A stretch of DNA of 64,000 nt. It comes from an uncultured archaeon (GTDB taxonomy: Archaea; Asgardarchaeota; Lokiarchaeia; Sigyniarchaeales; SOKP01). Both the position numbers and the translations under genes were made by a program. The stretch is taken from the NCBI GenBank assembly GCA_964508365.1, contig CAZDTP010000003.1:56092-120091 (forward strand), given 5' to 3'. Under the pieces are notes generated by a model. That model saw only the letters and a list, made by a program, of their open reading frames with translations. It searched no databases and was not told the origin of the DNA. Each line of letters opens with the position of its first letter. The stretch's first letter is position 1. Below, one piece after another: positions 58,776-64,000 of this stretch.

Positions 58776-58807
58776 TATTTTTCCCTCTACATATGTCGGT
58801 TTTATTG

Positions 58808-59068
58808 CTATTTTTTCTTTTTAAAATAAAAAATCAAATCGTCTCCATCTTTTACGAATTCTACTAATTCTGTCCCTGTTCTTTTTGCCCATCTCGTCAA
58901 ATCTTCTTCTGCTGCGGGATCATCGGCTATAATTTTAAAACATTGACCTATATCCAAAGTCTCTGAAAAATTTCTCACTTCAAAAAGTGGTTCTGGACAA
59001 AATAAACCCCTCGTATCTAATTCCTCGTCGTATTCTATTTCCGTTTTTTCTTCCGCCATTATACCCAC
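58808..59068 (-). CDS. tusA: TusA/SirA sulfur carrier
   Basis: LDTRGLFCPEP, IADDPAA.ED...W. Confidence 0.9.
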   Translation of the reverse strand: MGIMAEEKTEIEYDEELDTRGLFCPEPLFEVRNFSETLDIGQCFKIIADDPAAEEDLTRWAKRTGTELVEFVKDGDDLIFYFKKKK

Positions 59069-59318
59069 TTTCTATGACTTATATATTTTTTATAAAGATT
59101 TGTCGTATTTAGAATTATTTTAATTTATAATACTCCTAAGAGAAATACTTTCCATAACAAATTAAAATTATTTATTATATTTTAAACAACTTTTTTCACA
59201 TTTAAAAGTGGAAAAATCAACTTTATATAAAGCGACTTTATAATTTATAAATCTATAGATTTGATTCAATAAAGTTTGAAATGTTGAAGTTTAAAAATAA
59301 AAATAGATAAAAAGTGAA

Positions 59319-59966
59319 TTATTTTCCAAATGCTTCTTTAATAACTTTTACACCTGAAACAGCATCGTCAGCAAATAAGTCTGCTCCCAGCTTCCGAGCA
59401 AGTTCCATGTTCAAAGGAGCTCCACCAACTATTAGTTTTACAGAATCCCTTAGTCCAGCTGCGATTAAAGCTTCATGAACCGCTTTAATTTGTTCAACGG
59501 TCATTGTTAATAATGAACTCAACGCAATAATATCTGCTCCTGTTTCTTTTACTTTATCTACTATAATATTTTCATCAACATCCATTCCTAAGTCGATTAA
59601 TTCAAAACCACTGCTTAATAAGAGTGAGCCTAAGATGTTTTTACCAATATCATGATTATCACCCTTTACAGTAGCAATGATTATTTTTATCTTATCTTGG
59701 GTTTGATCCGATGCCGCTAAAGCTGGTTGGAGCACTTTAAACGCTTCTTTCATCGTCTCACCGGCTAGTACGAGTTCTGTAAGATAATATTCCTTTTCTT
59801 CGTATCTACGCCCTACTTCATCCATTCCTTTAGTTAAAGCATTTAGAATGTCAAAAGGCTCCTTTCCATCTACTTCTAACGCTTCCTTTACCGCAGCCTC
59901 AATATCATCTACTTCTAATTCAATTATTAGTTCTGTTAATTTCTCAAAATCCATAATAAAATCCAT
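59319..59966 (-). CDS. Methyltransferase-cognate corrinoid protein
   Basis: GDNHDIGKN, SSLLT, VGGAP; N-terminal cap L..GM..VG.RY. Confidence 0.93.
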   Translation of the reverse strand: MDFIMDFEKLTELIIELEVDDIEAAVKEALEVDGKEPFDILNALTKGMDEVGRRYEEKEYYLTELVLAGETMKEAFKVLQPALAASDQTQDKIKIIIATVKGDNHDIGKNILGSLLLSSGFELIDLGMDVDENIIVDKVKETGADIIALSSLLTMTVEQIKAVHEALIAAGLRDSVKLIVGGAPLNMELARKLGADLFADDAVSGVKVIKEAFGK

Positions 59967-60060
59967 GTTTTGTTACTATTTAATATTAAAATATCTCACT
60001 TAAGATAAATATTTTTTATATTTAAAATGGACATTAATGTATATAGGGGTCCAAAAAAGG

Positions 60061-60188
60061 AGTTAGAGAGGAGTCGGAAACTGAACCTCAAGATGAGGTA
60101 AGATTTTGGGATAAAATTTAGTTCCGTACGTTACCATTTAAATTAGGAAATTAGGGGATATTTTTATTTACGACTTCCTCTCTAAACT
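60061..60188. ncRNA. Candidate structured RNA of ~130 nt with paired ends and an internal multi-way junction
   Basis: AGTTAGAGAGGAGTCG (60061-76) pairs with CGACTTCCTCTCTAAACT (60171-88); CGGAAACT/AGTTCCG; ACCTCA/TGAGGT; AGATTTT/AAAATTT. Flanked on the minus strand by a TATA box and an oligo-T tract. Confidence 0.55.
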
Positions 60189-60205
60189 ACATTGTAACAC
60201 GGCAC

Positions 60206-60219
60206 TATATAAACTTTTG
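60206..60219 (-). promoter_or_regulatory. BRE-TATA-like element (CAAAAG-TTTATATA)
   Basis: Archaeal promoter consensus, spaced so that transcription would start near 60183-60188. Confidence 0.45.
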
Positions 60220-60338
60220 TCTAATCAGTCATTTCAATCAATATTAAGCTTAAGCGTAAAATGATGGCATAATATTTTAAATAACTAAGAATTATAAAAA
60301 AAAAAGAAGTTAAAGAAGATTTACTTTAAGGATTAAAA

Positions 60339-61109
60339 ATGGAGAATGAATTTATCGAAAAGGCTCCAGAGATAGAGGACATCGCGGTTTTAAGGGAGAT
60401 TAAAGAAGGAAATATTTTAATCTTGGCTAATAATTTAGTTAAGGATTATGAAATTGGCGATTTTATAGTGAGAGCAGTAGATGATCTCTCTATAAGAATT
60501 AAAGAATCTGCATTTGTTATTATTAAAGGACCATCAGGAGCAGGAAAAACAACCTTATTAAATTTAATAGGGGGTTTGGATACTCCAAATAGCGGTTCAA
60601 TATATTTTGATGGAGTCAAGATTACTAACTTAAAAGAAGAATCCCTCGCTACCTTTAGGTTAATAAATACAGGATTCATCTTTCAAAACTATAATCTTAT
60701 AAGTACTCTTACTGCTGAAGAGAACATAATGTTTCCTATGAAACTAGCTGGAATGAGTTTAAAAGAGCAACGAGAAAGAGCGTTAAATCTCTTAAAAAAT
60801 GTAGGTTTAGGGGACAGAAGAGAACACCTACCTTTCCAGCTATCTGCTGGTGAACAGCAGAGGGTTGCTATAGCAAGAGCTTTAGCAAACGATCCCCCGA
60901 TTATTATTGCAGATGAACCGACAGCAAATTTAGACAAAACAACGAGTTTATTTATAAGAGATCTATTTAACGATATGAAGCAAGAGGTTAAAACTATTAT
61001 TATTGCAACTCACGATGAATACTTAATAAAACTCGCAAACCGCGTGATAACTTTTGAAGACGGTAAAATTGTAGATGAACAACTAGTTAATTCGCAAGTA
61101 AAAAATTAA
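60339..61109 (+). CDS. ABC transporter ATP-binding protein (LolD/MacB-like)
   Basis: GPSGAGKT, LSAGEQQRVAIARA, ADEPT, ATH. Confidence 0.93.
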   Translation: MENEFIEKAPEIEDIAVLREIKEGNILILANNLVKDYEIGDFIVRAVDDLSIRIKESAFVIIKGPSGAGKTTLLNLIGGLDTPNSGSIYFDGVKITNLKEESLATFRLINTGFIFQNYNLISTLTAEENIMFPMKLAGMSLKEQRERALNLLKNVGLGDRREHLPFQLSAGEQQRVAIARALANDPPIIIADEPTANLDKTTSLFIRDLFNDMKQEVKTIIIATHDEYLIKLANRVITFEDGKIVDEQLVNSQVKN

Positions 61110-61194
61110 AAAAAAAAGCGGTGCCGCTAAAATTTCACTTGATTTTGCTCTAAAAGATTTTTATAGGAAACGTGGTACCACCTTCTCTTATACA

Positions 61195-63045
61195 ATGATG
61201 ATCGTTTTAGTTATAGCGTTCACTGTATTTTTAATTAATTTCACCTCATCGATAGGTTTTAACAGCTTTATAACGTATGATTATGAAAATTCATTCTTTT
61301 TTTCAGGCGGAATTAGCATTGTCTTTATTGATTTCACTAATTTAGTGCTTATCCTTATCTTAATCTTAGCTTTTGTGGTCGTTATTATCGTTACCAGTAC
61401 TTTGATTATAACCAAAAAACGGGATATTGCGATCATGAAGGCTTTAGGTTCGATCCCACAGAAATTATATGGTTTTTATTTAACAGAAGTTTATGTGGTT
61501 TTTCTTATTGGTTTTGTCATTGGAGCTATAATGGGATTTATCTCTTATATAATTTTCTTCTTTATAGCTTTATTTTTAGGAGTTATAGCGACCTTTCAAG
61601 TTGATTTTTTTTATACTCCAATTCTGTTTATATCGTGTTTTGCTGGGATTTTTCTATTTACTGGAGTCGTGTTAAGGAAAATAGGAACACAAAACACTAT
61701 AAAACTGTTTTCGAGAGATATTCCCTCGAACTACGACGCTTCAAAAAAATTAACAACAATTCCAAAGTGGTTAAGTTTAATCGGGTATAATTTTAAAATT
61801 TCAGTCCTAAATACACTTAGAAGGAGGGGAGAATTTAAGAGATATTTAGTCGTATTTACAATTATTTCTCTTATAATTTTTACTTTAGGATTAGGTAGTA
61901 CTGTTCTAACGAATTCTTCTCAAGAATGGATTAAAAAGTCGCAAGGAACAAATATAATTGCAATTGGTCATAAAGATGTCCTTCAAAACTACACATTAAT
62001 GTATGGTATGTTCTCTAATCCAGATATACTCGTAACTCAAAATGATATTGACTTTCTTAACCCAAACTACCTCTTTAATCTCTCCAAAGTTGAAGAATTA
62101 ACAAATTATACTGAAATTGAAAAAATTGACCAGCGATTAATCAATTTTTTTAACGTTACTGAGTTAGATGGATATCATCTTGTTGAAGATGGAGGTTCTT
62201 TTGCAATTGGTCAAGATAGAAAGGCTATTATCCCCATAATAGGGTTTAATGCGAGAGAAATTATACAAGATTTTGAGATTGAAGGTGAATACATTGTTGA
62301 CGAAGATAATGTAAATATGATGATAGGGGACGGATTAGGATATAATCTATTTGATTATCCATTAGATCAAAGCATGCGAATTGAAGAATTAGGAACGGGT
62401 CATCCATTTCACATTTCTGCTGTCGTTATAGATAGTTTTTACAGTGGTTTTGCGGGATATGTAGATTTAGGTGTTATGCAAGGAGATCTGAATTTTAGTT
62501 CGAATGATATTAATCTTCTATTGCTTAAGATACAATCTAGTGATTATAGTGATGTAATTGGAGATATTGAGTTGATTGTTCAAGGGAATCTAGGAGAAAA
62601 CTTTAGTTTTATCAATTTAAATCAAACTTTTGAGAATAATTATACTTATCTTGAACTCCTAACTTTATATCCTTCGCTCATCATTATTATGATGGCTATA
62701 ATTTCGATTTTGGCACTGTATAACTATCAAAAAGGGAATATTATAGAAAAAGCTAAAGATTTTTTGATTATGAGAGCTGTTGGGTCCAAATATAAATCTA
62801 TTAAGAAAATTCTCTTTTTAGAAGCGTTTTACATGATCATCCCGTCCTTGCTCCTAAGTATGGGAATTGGAATGCTAATTAACTCTTTAATATTATTCGA
62901 CCGCGTATATCTACCCAACATATCGTTACCAATTATTATCGTAGGATTATTATTTATAGCTTTCTTATCTTTTAATTATATAAGTTTATTTCCGATTCTT
63001 TCAAAGATAAAAAAATTTACTATCAAAGATTTCGATATATGGTAA
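61195..63045 (+). CDS. FtsX-like ABC permease (two permease modules); N-terminus may extend upstream
   Basis: KKRDIAIMKALG and KAKDFLIMRAVG motifs, many TM segments. Confidence 0.82.
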   Translation: MMIVLVIAFTVFLINFTSSIGFNSFITYDYENSFFFSGGISIVFIDFTNLVLILILILAFVVVIIVTSTLIITKKRDIAIMKALGSIPQKLYGFYLTEVYVVFLIGFVIGAIMGFISYIIFFFIALFLGVIATFQVDFFYTPILFISCFAGIFLFTGVVLRKIGTQNTIKLFSRDIPSNYDASKKLTTIPKWLSLIGYNFKISVLNTLRRRGEFKRYLVVFTIISLIIFTLGLGSTVLTNSSQEWIKKSQGTNIIAIGHKDVLQNYTLMYGMFSNPDILVTQNDIDFLNPNYLFNLSKVEELTNYTEIEKIDQRLINFFNVTELDGYHLVEDGGSFAIGQDRKAIIPIIGFNAREIIQDFEIEGEYIVDEDNVNMMIGDGLGYNLFDYPLDQSMRIEELGTGHPFHISAVVIDSFYSGFAGYVDLGVMQGDLNFSSNDINLLLLKIQSSDYSDVIGDIELIVQGNLGENFSFINLNQTFENNYTYLELLTLYPSLIIIMMAIISILALYNYQKGNIIEKAKDFLIMRAVGSKYKSIKKILFLEAFYMIIPSLLLSMGIGMLINSLILFDRVYLPNISLPIIIVGLLFIAFLSFNYISLFPILSKIKKFTIKDFDIW

Positions 63046-63135
63046 TTTTGTTATCAGAAAGAAAAATATTAAAAAAGTGAAATAGATGAAATATATATGA
63101 ACTTTTTTTTTCTAATCAATCGGTAAGATATAGTA

Positions 63136-64000
63136 ATGATGGATAAAGAAAACCTATTGAAGAAAATTCAAGATTTACAATCTGAATTAGATAAAAGGGA
63201 AATTCAAATTAATAGACAACTAGATAAAATTGACGGTCTCGAAGTAGAGATAATGAAATACGAGGAAATGTTCGATGAGAAAGTTCCGAAGACAAATATG
63301 AAGAACGCTCAGCAAGAAAAACTAAATATTGAAATAGACGCAAAAGATCGAGAAATTCGCGAATTGAAGGATCGAATGGGCTTCTTAAGAAAAGAAAAAA
63401 TAGAATTACAAAATAAATTTGAGCTTGAGGTAAAAAAGCATATTGATACTTCTGTTATTAGTGTAGAAGAAATTAGAGAGAAAACGAAAGCACCTTTAAA
63501 TGTATTACTACAGGAGTTGCAAGATAAAATCAACAAACAAGAATCGATAATTAGAAGGTTAGAAAGAAAAGATATCGGAAGCGATGAATATAACGAGATT
63601 TTAAAAGAAAAAGATAAAAATATTGAAAAACTCAACGAACAAATTACTAAACTTAATGTTAACTCAGGTAAAACCGCTCCCGATATAAACTTGGATGATA
63701 AACCTCCGAGCAGCGATATCTCGAAAATTCTCTTAGAAGAACTCCAAAATAACCTAAATAAAGTAAAAAGACGCAATGATGAGTTAAAAAAGAAATTAGA
63801 AAAATACGAAAAAAAAGGGCAAAGCAAAAAGGGATCTGAAGAGAATAGTCATATACTAGAATTGCAAAATATAATTTCTCAATTAACTAGTGAGTTAGAG
63901 TATAAAAATAAAATAATTGAAGAAAATACCACATCAAGAACTCAAAAACCTAGTTCTGAAAGTCTTTCTCCAGGTGAGAATAAAGGAAAATTAAAAATTC
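63136..64000 (+). CDS. Coiled-coil protein, truncated by the window end (not in ORF track)
   Basis: MMDKENLLKKIQDLQSELDKREIQINRQLDKI... open to the end of the window; K/E/L heptads. Confidence 0.75.
   Translation, partial: MMDKENLLKKIQDLQSELDKREIQINRQLDKIDGLEVEIMKYEEMFDEKVPKTNMKNAQQEKLNIEIDAKDREIRELKDRMGFLRKEKIELQNKFELEVKKHIDTSVISVEEIREKTKAPLNVLLQELQDKINKQESIIRRLERKDIGSDEYNEILKEKDKNIEKLNEQITKLNVNSGKTAPDINLDDKPPSSDISKILLEELQNNLNKVKRRNDELKKKLEKYEKKGQSKKGSEENSHILELQNIISQLTSELEYKNKIIEENTTSRTQKPSSESLSPGENKGKLKI

Noticed and set aside
31592-59068. Selenocysteine (UGA) recoding in redox genes
   Set aside because: Asgards can use Sec, but the active-site motifs I read are all complete with Cys and no ORF looked truncated at an in-frame TGA.
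60139-60157. AAATTAGGAAATTAGGGG resembling telomeric TTAGG(G) or a telomerase template
   Set aside because: Two short copies in AT-rich DNA and no reverse transcriptase in the window; probably coincidence.
60061-60188. MITE interpretation of the inverted repeat
   Set aside because: No target-site duplication, imperfect ends and rich internal pairing; not excluded without a genome-wide copy search.
61117-61128. Small hairpin AGCG-GTGC-CGCT after the ABC ATPase
   Set aside because: Only 4-5 bp, the T-tract is on the wrong strand, and it overlaps the probable 5' extension of the permease.
582-63827. Many short antisense or overlapping ORFs in the track (e.g. 582-800, 3202-3408, 6153-6482, 11236-11608, 23999-24352, 38494-38946, 54371-54694, 63309-63827)
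   Set aside because: They lie opposite or inside well-supported genes and have the F/S/L/I-rich composition expected from antisense reading of K/E-rich genes.
1-64000. CRISPR arrays, tRNA/rRNA genes, transposases, integrases
   Set aside because: No regularly spaced repeats, T-loop/acceptor patterns or DDE/Tyr recombinase motifs seen by eye; tRNAscan/CRISPR tools would be the formal check.

Overview
AT-rich archaeal chromosomal DNA. Gene content (eukaryote-like ubiquitin machinery, Rab-like and longin-fused small GTPases, archaeal AlaRS/DTD2/CofGH) points to an Asgard archaeon, most like Lokiarchaeia; this is an inference from protein motifs, not a database result. Main blocks: (1) 1-4.2 kb cofactor cluster cofH-cofG-pyrimidine reductase-amidohydrolase-folE. 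(2) 4.4-12.1 kb ubiquitin-like locus: Ubl, Uba3-like E1, E2, Rpn11/CSN5-like JAMM protease, multi-TM RING-variant protein, a second Ubl, a membrane-anchored Ubl-domain protein, a wHTH regulator and a coiled-coil rod. The two free Ubls end in a single Gly (AG) plus a short tail rather than GG, and they share a [IV][KR][SE]KTP motif with both ends of the rod. (3) 12-31 kb mixed housekeeping genes: nucleotidyltransferase, TPR, EndoQ-like, ftsZ, an ileS remnant, alaS, a degenerate Rab-like protein, dtdA, an Lrp pair, sfsA, Hsp20. (4) about 31.5-59 kb dense thiol-redox, O2-defence and sulfur-relay region: TrxR, two PDOs, Rieske oxygenase, two CCG proteins, FTR, glutaredoxins, NROR, rubredoxin, FprA, acyl-CoA dehydrogenase-rubredoxin fusion, SOR, rubrerythrin, CoADR-rhodanese-TusA-rhodanese, an IscU fused to a degenerate TrxR domain, IscS, TusA. 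(5) corrinoid protein, a candidate ~130-nt structured ncRNA, an ABC transporter and a truncated coiled-coil gene. I saw no tRNA, rRNA, CRISPR array or transposase. All functional calls come from motifs read by eye.
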